From positions 1-35,697 of the forward strand of contig JAPSGB010000045.1 of NCBI GenBank assembly GCA_035063585.1: a stretch of DNA of 35,697 bases, in the 5' to 3' direction. Positions within the stretch are counted from its first letter, which is position 1; each line of letters begins with the position of its first letter. The DNA comes from Polyangiaceae bacterium (GTDB lineage Bacteria > Myxococcota_A > Polyangia > Polyangiales > Polyangiaceae). The notes below the pieces were generated by a model. The model was not told the origin of the DNA. It did not search any database and saw only the letters and a program-made list of their open reading frames with translations. The translations under genes were made by a program, and so were the position numbers. Shown piece by piece: positions 19,239 to 27,523 of this stretch.

Positions 19239-22200
19239 ATGCGTATCGCACGTTCGCTCTTGGTGTTGTTCGCGACTGGCGCGCTCTCGTCTCTCTCGCT
19301 GGTCGGCTGTGGGGACGGCGAGAATGACGCCGGGCTCACGGGTGGTGGTGCGGGTGGGGTTTCTGGCGGCGCGGGAACCGACGGGGGCGCCGGGACGGGC
19401 GGCGGCGCCGGCACCGGCGGCAGCGCGGGGGATGGCGGAGCCGAGTGTCACGTCACCTTCGTCGACCCGATCAGCGGCGCCGCGCTCACCGAGGCGGATG
19501 ACGCGAACCACGACGAGTGCGTGGATGGCTTCCAGTACACGGTGAGCGCCGCCGTGGAGGGCGCGGACGGCGCCACCGCGACGCTCTACGCCGGCGCGCA
19601 GCAGGTCGCGCAGACCACCGTCGCGAACGGCGTCGCGCGCTTCGAAGACGCCACGCTCCCTTCGAGCGGCAACACGACGCTACGCGTCTCCGTCACCGAG
19701 GGCTGCGAAGCGTCGCAGCCGGTCACGGTGACCTGCGCGGGCGCGCCGACCTGCAACATCTTGAAGCCGGCCATCACGCCGACGCACCCCGCGCTGAACG
19801 GGGTCCCCGCGGCCGACGGCGGTGACCGCGTGAGCGCTGACGGCGCTCCGTACCAGGTCGCGATGGAAGTGGAGACGTCCGTGGACGACGGGCAGCCCGT
19901 GCTGCTCACCGTCGCCGGCAGCTCGACCGGGCTCACCGCGCCCGCGCAAGGCGGGAAGGCCGTCTTCCCGGGCGTCACGCTGACGCCAGACGGGAGCTTC
20001 ACCGTGACCGCGACCTGCGTGCCGAAGAGCGGCATCTCCGGCACCTCGAGCGCGCAGTACACCGTCGACACGGCCGCGCCCGATCTCAAGGTCTGGAAGA
20101 CGACGGCGGGCGGCTCCTCGGAGCTCCACTCGGCCGATCACTTCGGCGCCGCCGATGACGCGGACGGCTCGAAGGACGGCCTCCAGCTCCAGTTCTGCGG
20201 CTCGACGACGGCGGCGGACGCCCTCGGGCTGCCCGCCACGCTCGGCGCAGCCCAGAACAACCTGTGCTTCGCTATCGGCTCGGGCTCGCCGACCTGCGCC
20301 CCCGCGACGACGGGGGGCGCGGGCGGAAATGGGGATGGCGCCTGCGTCACCTTCGACTGCCCCGGCGCCGCACCCTTCACCCTCACGACCACGCTCCGCG
20401 ACGGCGCGGGGAACCCCATCGCCTCGACGGCGCAGAGCGTGACCTGCACGACGACCAACCCGTCCATCGAGTTCCTCGATCCGGTGGGCGACGGCGCGCC
20501 GTACACGGACATCGGCAAGCGCATCCTCGCCGCGTCGATGCCCGACCCGCAGCGGAAAGACAAGAGCGCCGGTCAGGTCGGCGCGCAGTACGACGTCACC
20601 GCGTGCACCACCGCGACCAACGGCACCGCCGAGCTCTTCGCTGGCCACCAAGGCGACGCCACGCTCACCTCGCTCGGGACGGCCACGGTGCAGCCGGACA
20701 CGAACAACAAGTGCCCGTCGAGCTTCACGAGCCTCGTGTCGTTCGCGAACGTCACCTTGCCCGAGAGCCTCACCAACCAAGACTTCACCCTCTCGAAGCC
20801 GACCGAGCTCCAGGTCGTCGTGACGGATGACTCCACCGCGACCGGCGCCGCGACGGTCGATCTCTGGGTCGACTCGAGCGCCCCCACCCTCGCGATCCGC
20901 ACCCCCGCGAACCTCTGCGGGACGTACTTCACGAGCAGCGTGGCGGTGACGAAGAGCGTCGTCTTCGCGACCTCGTTCGCGCCGGTGAGCTTCACGATCG
21001 ACGGCGCCGCGGTCCCGAACCAGGGCGCGCTCACCTTCGGGTCGGTCACCTTCCCCGCCGCCTCGTTCCCCCTCGGCACGGCCGCGCTCGCGGCGAGCGT
21101 CACGAAGCCCTCCGGAAATGTCGGCTACCTCGCCTCGCCGTGCACGGTCGACGTCGGCACGAGCCCGCCCCCCAGCGTGAGCTGGGTGACGCCCGTCGCG
21201 ACGAGCGTCCTCGGCGGGGCCGCGGCGGCCGGCTCGGGGGTGCTCCAAGACGCGGACGGCTCGAACTCCGGCTGGCAGGGCGCGCTCAAGGTCTGCACCA
21301 ACATCGACACCGTCGCGAACCCGGGCGCGACGGTGCAATTCTCCGCGAACGGGGTCGACATCGGCGGCCCGGTCGCGCTCGACGGGAGCGGCTGCGCCAC
21401 TTTCAATCCCGCCACCGTGCCTGAAGGCACGATGGTCGCGCTCAAGGCGACCACCAGCTCGGTGGGCGGCGCCATCGGCACGGCCACGCTCAACCTGCCG
21501 GTCGACGTAACGCCTCCCCCGGCCGTGACGAACCTCGCCGCGGCGGTCAAGGAGCGCCGGCAGACGAGCTTCAACCTCTCGTGGACGGCGCCGGACGACG
21601 GGGGCAAGGCCGCGACGGGCTACGAGGTCCGCGTCTCCAAGACCCCGATCACGAACGAAGCGGACTTCAACGCGGCGACCAAGGTGGCCTACCCGAGCAC
21701 GCCGGCCGCCGCCGGGACGCCGGACTCGGTCACCGTCTCCGATCGCCTGATCGAGACGGACTACTACTTCGCCGTCGCCGCGACGGACGTCGGCGGCAAC
21801 CGCGCCCCGATGGTCGCGCTCCCCACCGCCACGCGGGCGAAATTCGAGGTCGTCGAGCTCACGCCCTCCACCACGAGCCAGCGGTTCGGGTGGACGATCG
21901 ACGGGTCGGGCGACCTGAACGGCGACGGCAAGAGCGACCTGCTCATCGGGCATGAGAGCGGGAAGGACGCTTATCTCTACTTCGGGAGCGCCGCAGGCAC
22001 GGCCCCCGCTCCCGGGGTCACCGTCTCGGGCTCTTTCACCGGCTTCGCGCGCTCGGCGTCCATCATCGGCGACGTGAACGGCGACGGGAAGCTCGATATC
22101 GCGCTCGGCTCGCTGAACGACGGGGACGGCAAGGTCTACGTCTTCTACGGTCGCTCCACCTGGCCGGTGGCGCTCAACCAGGCGAACGCGGACGCCGTGA

Positions 22201-23168
22201 TCGTTCCCGACTCCGCGGGAGATCCGAAGTTCACGAACTCGCAGTTTGGTATCAGCATCGCGCGTCTCGGGGATTTCAACGGCGACGGGCTCGACGACTT
22301 CGCGGTGAGCGCCAGCAATTACGACCCGACGAACCGCCAAGGCATGGTCGCGATCATCCTCGGCAAGGCCGGCGGGCTCGCCGCCAACGTGACCGTCCCG
22401 ACCGTCGGCCAGACGATCGTCATCAAGGGCGAGCCCACGGCCAAGGCGAACTTTGGATGGAGTCTCCTCGGCACCGGCGGATTCTACGGCGCCGGCGCGC
22501 GCGGGCTGATGGTGTCTGCGCCGTACGAAAGCGTAAACCTTGGGAAGCTGTACTCGTTCAAGGGGCAGTCAGGCGGTGGCTCAGGTGCAATCCCGCTCGC
22601 CAGCGCGGATGATACCTACACGGGCTCCGCCAACAAGTGGTACGTCGGCTTCGGGGGGCTCAGCCCGCTCGGGCCGATCGGTCCGGCGCGGCGCCCCGCT
22701 TTCGGTGTCCCGCTCAACGAGCTCACCCCGTCGGGACAGGTGCTCGCGCTGTCGGGCTCCGCGGCTGACAGCCCCTTCGCGACCACCGCCGCGCTCCTCA
22801 AGAGCGGGGAGGGTGGCGCTGCGCGCCAGTTCGGCCGCATGATCGCCGGCGGCGGGTTCTCGGGAACGAGCGTGTCGACGTCCTTCATTGGGACCTCTAG
22901 CCCCGATCTCGTCGTCTCGACGCGGATAAGCAATAGTCCTCGCCTCATCTTCGTCGACGGCGACAAGTTCGCTTCCGCCGGCGCCGCGCTGCGGAACATC
23001 GAGGAGCTCGCCGAGCTCACCTACGCGCTCCCGGGCGCCTTCACCGACTTCTCGAGGAACGTCACCCCGCTCCTCGACGTCGACGGCGACGGCTACGGCG
23101 ATCTCGCCGTGGGTGACGCTGATTACGGCACGACGCCAATCACGGGGCGCGTCGTGCTGCTCCACTGA
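19239..23168 (+). CDS. Large surface lipoprotein: Gly-rich linker, Cys-containing beta-rich domains, FN3-like domain and FG-GAP/integrin-alpha-like repeats
   Basis: Lipobox LVGC; GGAGG linker; SFNLSWTAP...YEVR...YYFAV; GDLNGDGKSDLLIG, GDVNGDGKLDIALG, GDFNGDGLDDFAVSA and DVDGDGYGDLAVG. Confidence 0.88.
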   Translation: MRIARSLLVLFATGALSSLSLVGCGDGENDAGLTGGGAGGVSGGAGTDGGAGTGGGAGTGGSAGDGGAECHVTFVDPISGAALTEADDANHDECVDGFQYTVSAAVEGADGATATLYAGAQQVAQTTVANGVARFEDATLPSSGNTTLRVSVTEGCEASQPVTVTCAGAPTCNILKPAITPTHPALNGVPAADGGDRVSADGAPYQVAMEVETSVDDGQPVLLTVAGSSTGLTAPAQGGKAVFPGVTLTPDGSFTVTATCVPKSGISGTSSAQYTVDTAAPDLKVWKTTAGGSSELHSADHFGAADDADGSKDGLQLQFCGSTTAADALGLPATLGAAQNNLCFAIGSGSPTCAPATTGGAGGNGDGACVTFDCPGAAPFTLTTTLRDGAGNPIASTAQSVTCTTTNPSIEFLDPVGDGAPYTDIGKRILAASMPDPQRKDKSAGQVGAQYDVTACTTATNGTAELFAGHQGDATLTSLGTATVQPDTNNKCPSSFTSLVSFANVTLPESLTNQDFTLSKPTELQVVVTDDSTATGAATVDLWVDSSAPTLAIRTPANLCGTYFTSSVAVTKSVVFATSFAPVSFTIDGAAVPNQGALTFGSVTFPAASFPLGTAALAASVTKPSGNVGYLASPCTVDVGTSPPPSVSWVTPVATSVLGGAAAAGSGVLQDADGSNSGWQGALKVCTNIDTVANPGATVQFSANGVDIGGPVALDGSGCATFNPATVPEGTMVALKATTSSVGGAIGTATLNLPVDVTPPPAVTNLAAAVKERRQTSFNLSWTAPDDGGKAATGYEVRVSKTPITNEADFNAATKVAYPSTPAAAGTPDSVTVSDRLIETDYYFAVAATDVGGNRAPMVALPTATRAKFEVVELTPSTTSQRFGWTIDGSGDLNGDGKSDLLIGHESGKDAYLYFGSAAGTAPAPGVTVSGSFTGFARSASIIGDVNGDGKLDIALGSLNDGDGKVYVFYGRSTWPVALNQANADAVIVPDSAGDPKFTNSQFGISIARLGDFNGDGLDDFAVSASNYDPTNRQGMVAIILGKAGGLAANVTVPTVGQTIVIKGEPTAKANFGWSLLGTGGFYGAGARGLMVSAPYESVNLGKLYSFKGQSGGGSGAIPLASADDTYTGSANKWYVGFGGLSPLGPIGPARRPAFGVPLNELTPSGQVLALSGSAADSPFATTAALLKSGEGGAARQFGRMIAGGGFSGTSVSTSFIGTSSPDLVVSTRISNSPRLIFVDGDKFASAGAALRNIEELAELTYALPGAFTDFSRNVTPLLDVDGDGYGDLAVGDADYGTTPITGRVVLLH

Positions 23169-23182
23169 GCAGAGGCTCGCGC

Positions 23183-23461
23183 GTGAAGCAGGCTCGCTGG
23201 CGCCGCTCGGGCGCGCTCGCCGCATCGGCGATCGAGGAGGAGCTGGTCCTCCTCGACGCGGCGACTGGCGAATACTTCGGCCTGAACCGCGTCGCCGTCG
23301 CGCTGTGGGAGCTCCTCGCCGAGCCCCGCACGGCCGACGAGCTCGTGGTTGCGCTCTGCGCTCGGTATGAAGTCTCCGAGGAGGACTGCTCGCGCGACGT
23401 ACGAGCCCTGCTCGAGTCGCTCCGCGAGCACGGGCTGGCGGAGGAGCGTGCGGCTCCGTAA
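23183..23461 (+). CDS. PqqD-family RiPP recognition element (lasso B1/E protein)
   Basis: EELVLLD...GEYFGLNRVAVALWELL...YEVS...DV..LL..L...GL is the typical PqqD pattern; 92 aa. Confidence 0.92.
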   Translation: MKQARWRRSGALAASAIEEELVLLDAATGEYFGLNRVAVALWELLAEPRTADELVVALCARYEVSEEDCSRDVRALLESLREHGLAEERAAP

Positions 23462-23855
23462 CCTCGCGCTCCGCCTCGAGTGCCTGCTCGCGCTCGGCGC
23501 GGCGGCGGCGGTGTTCCGCTGCGCGCCGGCGCGCGCCAACCGCTGGGCGCTCCGCGCGCTCCGCGCGCCGGCCGCGGCGCGGCGCGGCGCGCCCGAGGTT
23601 CCGGCGCGCGCGGTCGGGCGCTACCTCGCCTGGAGCGCGCGGCTCCTCCCGCGCACGACCTGCCTCGCCAGCGCCCTCGCCGGCGCGGCGGTGCTCCGAC
23701 GCCACGGGCTCCCGGCCGAGCTCAGGCTCTCGAACGAGACCGGGGGCCCCGGCCGCGAGTTCACCGCGCACGCATGGGTCGAGTCCGGAGGCGTGGTGGT
23801 CGTCGGCCGGGCGGGCACGGGCCCGGCCTTCTCGTTCCCGGCGAGCCCCCCGTGA
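23448..23855 (+). CDS. Lasso peptide leader peptidase (B2, transglutaminase-like)
   Basis: TCL (Cys) and FTAHAWVE (His) motifs. Start reassigned to GTG 23448 after GGAGGAG, overlapping the RRE gene end. Confidence 0.9.
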   Translation: MRLRNLALRLECLLALGAAAAVFRCAPARANRWALRALRAPAAARRGAPEVPARAVGRYLAWSARLLPRTTCLASALAGAAVLRRHGLPAELRLSNETGGPGREFTAHAWVESGGVVVVGRAGTGPAFSFPASPP

Positions 23856-25639
23856 TCTTCGGGCTCGTGAGCGACGCGCTCGGCGACGCCGAGCTCGCCG
23901 GGCATCTCCCGGACAGGGCGGAGCCCGCTCGCTGGCAGCGCTGGCGAGGCGAAGGGGCCGCGCTCGCCTGCGAGCTCGACGACGCGCCCGCGGCGCTCAC
24001 CGGCTTCCCCTTCGCGGAGGACGGGCTCGTGGTCGCCGCGCGCGGCCGCCTCGACAACCTCGCCGAGCTGGCAGATGCGCTCGGCCTCGAGCGCGCCGGG
24101 AGCCCCGCGCGCGTCCTGCTCGCCGGATACCGCCGCTGGCTGCGCGAGCTCGGCGCCCACCTCCTCGGGGACTTCGCCATCGCGCTCGTCGAGCCTCGAA
24201 CCCGCACGCTATGTCTCATCCGCGACCGACTCGGCGTGACGCCGCTCTACTACGCGCGCGGCGACTGGGGCGTCGCCTGGTCGTGCTCCGCCCGCGCGCT
24301 CACGCGGCTGCCGTTCGTCTCGAGCGCGGTCGATGAGGCGCGCGCCGCTTCCTATCTCGTGGGCCTCTCGCCCGATCCGAACGCGAGCTTCTTTCGCGAG
24401 GTGCGCGCGGTGGCTCCGGGCCACGCGGTTACCCTCAGGGCCGGCGGGGCCGCGCGCCGCCGCTACTGGTTCCCAGCAGCCGAGCCCGAGCTCCGCCTCA
24501 CCGAAGGGGAGTACGCGGAGGAATTCCGCGCGCGGTTCGTCCGCGCCGTGGCGCGGTGCACGGCCGGCACCGACCGCGTCGCCGCGACGCTCAGCGGCGG
24601 CCTCGACTCGAGCTCGATCGCCTGCGCGGCCTCGCTCCTCCTCGGCAAGCAGGTGGACTCCTTCTCGGCCGTCTTCCCTGAGTTTCCCTCCTGCGACGAG
24701 CGAGAGTACATCGAAGCGAACGTCGCGGCCGCTCGCCTCCGACCGACGTACACCGACATGAGCGCGTTCGACCTCCCTACGCCGGAGATGATCGCCGGGA
24801 AGGTCGACAGCCTCGAGACGCTCGCGTGGTATGCGATAGCTTACGCTCAGTGCCTCCGCGCGCGCGAGAGCGGCCACCGCGTCATCCTCTTCGGCTCGTT
24901 TGGAGACCTCGTCGGCGGCGGTGCGCATACGGCCGTCGACGAGCTCTTCGCGCGCCGGGCCTGGCTCGCGCTCGCGCGCGTTGGCGCGCGCCGGGAGCTC
25001 CGCGCGAACATCCGCACCGCGGGGCGCTTGTTCGGCCAAGAAGTCTTTCCTCGGGGTGTCGAGTGGTACCGTCGCCGCGCGGCCGAGTGCCAGCTCCGCG
25101 AGAGGTTCCCTGGCCTGCGCTATCTCTCCGGTACTCCGCGCGAAATCAGGGAGCTTCGGGACGAGGCCATCCGCCTGGACAGCGCGCGGCCATCGAGCCG
25201 CGTCGCGCTCCACCATCTCGAGCTCTTGACTTCCCCTGCGGCCGCGCAGGAGTTCCGCGTAATCGCGGACGTGGAACGACTGGCCCAGGTCACCGGCCGC
25301 CACCCTTTCGTGGACGCCGAGCTCCTCGACTGGTCGCTCCGCCTCCCGCTCGAGGCGCGGCATGAGAATGGCCACAATCGCTGGGCCCTCCGTTCGGCCA
25401 TGCGCGACGTCGTCCCGGACGCCGTCCGCCTTCGGAGGGACAAGACCGACTTCATCCCGTACTGGTCGTCTTTACGCGCGGGCTGGCTCGACCGCCCGTC
25501 ACCCCTGGTTCAGCCTTCGAGGCCATCCCGTAGGCCCGGCAACCTACCGGAACTGCGCGTCGCTTCTTGGGAATTGCGCGCTCGCTGGGCGTATGGCACG
25601 GTGCTACTCTGGACGGCGGAAAGTGAGGCGAGGCCTTGA
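23852..25639 (+). CDS. Lasso cyclase (asparagine-synthetase-like C protein)
   Basis: RDRLGVTPLYY, LSGGLDSSSI, HPFVD and RWALRSAM...VRLRRDK; no N-terminal catalytic Cys. GTG 23852 overlaps the B2 stop (GTGA). Confidence 0.9.
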   Translation: MIFGLVSDALGDAELAGHLPDRAEPARWQRWRGEGAALACELDDAPAALTGFPFAEDGLVVAARGRLDNLAELADALGLERAGSPARVLLAGYRRWLRELGAHLLGDFAIALVEPRTRTLCLIRDRLGVTPLYYARGDWGVAWSCSARALTRLPFVSSAVDEARAASYLVGLSPDPNASFFREVRAVAPGHAVTLRAGGAARRRYWFPAAEPELRLTEGEYAEEFRARFVRAVARCTAGTDRVAATLSGGLDSSSIACAASLLLGKQVDSFSAVFPEFPSCDEREYIEANVAAARLRPTYTDMSAFDLPTPEMIAGKVDSLETLAWYAIAYAQCLRARESGHRVILFGSFGDLVGGGAHTAVDELFARRAWLALARVGARRELRANIRTAGRLFGQEVFPRGVEWYRRRAAECQLRERFPGLRYLSGTPREIRELRDEAIRLDSARPSSRVALHHLELLTSPAAAQEFRVIADVERLAQVTGRHPFVDAELLDWSLRLPLEARHENGHNRWALRSAMRDVVPDAVRLRRDKTDFIPYWSSLRAGWLDRPSPLVQPSRPSRRPGNLPELRVASWELRARWAYGTVLLWTAESEARP

Positions 25640-25812
25640 TGAAGACGGATTCTCCTACTGCAGCGCACGCCTCGGGCGAACCCGAGGTCTACCCGCAAGC
25701 TCACCGCGAGCAATACGAGCGCCCGCAGCTTCGCGTACTCGGTACGTTGGCGACGCGCACTTTCGGTAACGCGGGCTTTGGTGGCGACGGACAGGCAGGG
25801 TCATTAAGCTAG
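25639..25812 (+). CDS. Lasso peptide precursor, 57 aa (not in the ORF track)
   Basis: Hand translation: MKTDSPTAAHASGEPEVYPQAHREQYERPQLRVLGTLATRTF-GNAGFGGDGQAGSLS*. TGATG coupling to the cyclase. Leader has Y-17, P-14, L-12, G-8 and T-2; core has Gly1 and Asp8. Confidence 0.93.
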   Translation: MKTDSPTAAHASGEPEVYPQAHREQYERPQLRVLGTLATRTFGNAGFGGDGQAGSLS

Positions 25813-25821
25813 CATTGTAGC

Positions 25822-26496
25822 TTGCCGCCGTCATCCTCACTCGCCACCCGCATCGCCTCCGCCCGCGCCATCCACGCTGACGGAGGCGTCGCGCTCCACG
25901 GCGCGGCCGTCGTCGAGCGCGAGCGCGCGTTCGGTTTGATTGGCCGCTCGGGCTTCGGAAAATCCACGCTCGCCTCGCTCCTCGTCGAGCGCGGGTGCGC
26001 GCTCCTCACCGAGGCGCTGATCCGCGTCGCGCTCGCCCCCGCGGGTACGTCGCGCGATGGCGCGAGCCGTGAGCTCGCGCGCGCGCTCCCCGGCCCCGCC
26101 GAGCTTCGCCTCTGCGACGACGCCGTCGCGCGGCTCGGCGAAGATCCCGAGCGTTTCCCCATGATGACGCCTACCGTGATGAAGCGCGTGGTGCCCGCCG
26201 CCCGCGTCGCCACCGAGCCGCACCCGCTCGCCGTCATCTACGTCATCGAAGACGCCGAGACGGACGGGATCATCCCCGCGCGCGGCGCCGAGGCGGCGGA
26301 TCTTCTGGTGCGGAACCTCTACCTCGAGCGGCTGATCGATCTGCCCGGAATCAGTGAGGCGCTCATGCGCTGCGCCGCGCTCGCCTCGAAGGTGCCCGTC
26401 CGCCGCCTCGCCCGCAAGAAGGACGTCGCGCGGCTCCCCGCGCTCGCGGAGCTCGTCCTCGCCGACCTCCGCGCTCAGCCGCGCGCCGCGCTCTGA
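25822..26496 (+). CDS. HPr-kinase-like lasso peptide kinase homologue (short and atypical)
   Basis: ALHGAAV and GRSGFGKSTLA motifs; directly follows the precursor. The TTG start is uncertain. Confidence 0.75.
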   Translation: MPPSSSLATRIASARAIHADGGVALHGAAVVERERAFGLIGRSGFGKSTLASLLVERGCALLTEALIRVALAPAGTSRDGASRELARALPGPAELRLCDDAVARLGEDPERFPMMTPTVMKRVVPAARVATEPHPLAVIYVIEDAETDGIIPARGAEAADLLVRNLYLERLIDLPGISEALMRCAALASKVPVRRLARKKDVARLPALAELVLADLRAQPRAAL

Positions 26497-26581
26497 CGCG
26501 CGCGCCTGAGCCGGCACGGCGCGCCGCGGAGCCTCACCGCGACGCCGGCCGCGACGCGGCAGCCAGGAGCTCCAGAGCTCG

Positions 26582-27523
26582 TCAGCGCTCTTGCGCCTGC
26601 ATCCATTCCCAGGTGCGCGCGAGGCCCTGGTCGAGCCCGACCTGCGCCTCGAACCCGAAGCGCTCCCGCGCGCGGCTCACCTCGAGGCGGCGGCGCGGCT
26701 GGCCGTTCGGCTGGGTCGTGTCCCAGGTGACGCGGCCCGAGTAGCCGACCAGCCGCGCGATCTTCTCGGCGAGCAGCCGGATGGAGATCTCCTCGCCCGA
26801 GCCGAGGTTCACGGGCTCGCTCGAGTCATACCGCTCCGCCGCGAGCACGAGCCCCTCCGCGCAGTCTTCCACGTAGAAAAACTCGCGGGTCGGTGAGCCG
26901 TCCCCCCAGAGCGCGACCTCCGCGCGGCCCTCGCGCTTCGCCTCGGCGAACTTGCGGAGCATCGCGGGGATCACGTGGCTCGTTCGTAGATCGAAGTTGT
27001 CCCGCGGGCCGTAGAGGTTCACGGGGTAGAGCACGATCGAGTCGAACCCGTATTGCTCGCGGTAACCGGCGGACTGCACCCCCATCACCTTCTTGGCGAT
27101 GCCGTAGGGCGCGTTGGTCTCCTCCGGGTAGCCGTTCCAGAGGTCCTCCTCCTTGAACGGGGTGGGGCAGAACTTCGGGTACGCGCACACGGTGCCCACG
27201 CACACGAGCTTCTTCACGCCCGCGCGCCAGCTCTCGTGGATGAGCTGGATGCCCATCATGGCGTTCTCGTAGAAGAAGCGCCCCGGATTCTCGCGGTTCG
27301 CGCCGATGCCGCCGACCCGCGCGGCGAGGTGGAACACGAGCTCCGGCTTCACGTCCGCGAGCAGCCGCCGGACCGCGTCGCCGTCGACCAAGTCATAGTC
27401 CTTCGAGCGCGGCACCACGATCTCGCGCGCGCCGCGCCGCTCGAGCGCCTCGACCACGAAGCTCCCGAGAAACCCCGCGCCGCCGGTCACCACCACCCGC
27501 GTCTTCGCCCAGTCGACGCTCAC
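26582..27523 (-). CDS. fcl: GDP-L-fucose synthase
   Basis: [38 protein letters not shown] and SHVIPA motifs; coupled to gmd. Confidence 0.95.
   Translation of the reverse strand: MSVDWAKTRVVVTGGAGFLGSFVVEALERRGAREIVVPRSKDYDLVDGDAVRRLLADVKPELVFHLAARVGGIGANRENPGRFFYENAMMGIQLIHESWRAGVKKLVCVGTVCAYPKFCPTPFKEEDLWNGYPEETNAPYGIAKKVMGVQSAGYREQYGFDSIVLYPVNLYGPRDNFDLRTSHVIPAMLRKFAEAKREGRAEVALWGDGSPTREFFYVEDCAEGLVLAAERYDSSEPVNLGSGEEISIRLLAEKIARLVGYSGRVTWDTTQPNGQPRRRLEVSRARERFGFEAQVGLDQGLARTWEWMQAQER

Noticed and set aside
23183..23461. PQQ biosynthesis gene pqqD
   Set aside because: No pqqA/B/C/E genes are nearby; the context indicates a lasso RRE.
23852..25639. Ordinary AsnB-type glycan amidotransferase
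   Set aside because: It has no N-terminal catalytic Cys and is coupled to an RRE, a B2 peptidase and a canonical precursor, so lasso cyclase fits better.
25655..25840. Alternative small ORFs around the precursor (25655-25840 -, 25510-25713 -, 25362-25769 +)
   Set aside because: They lack motifs and overlap the well-supported precursor and cyclase.
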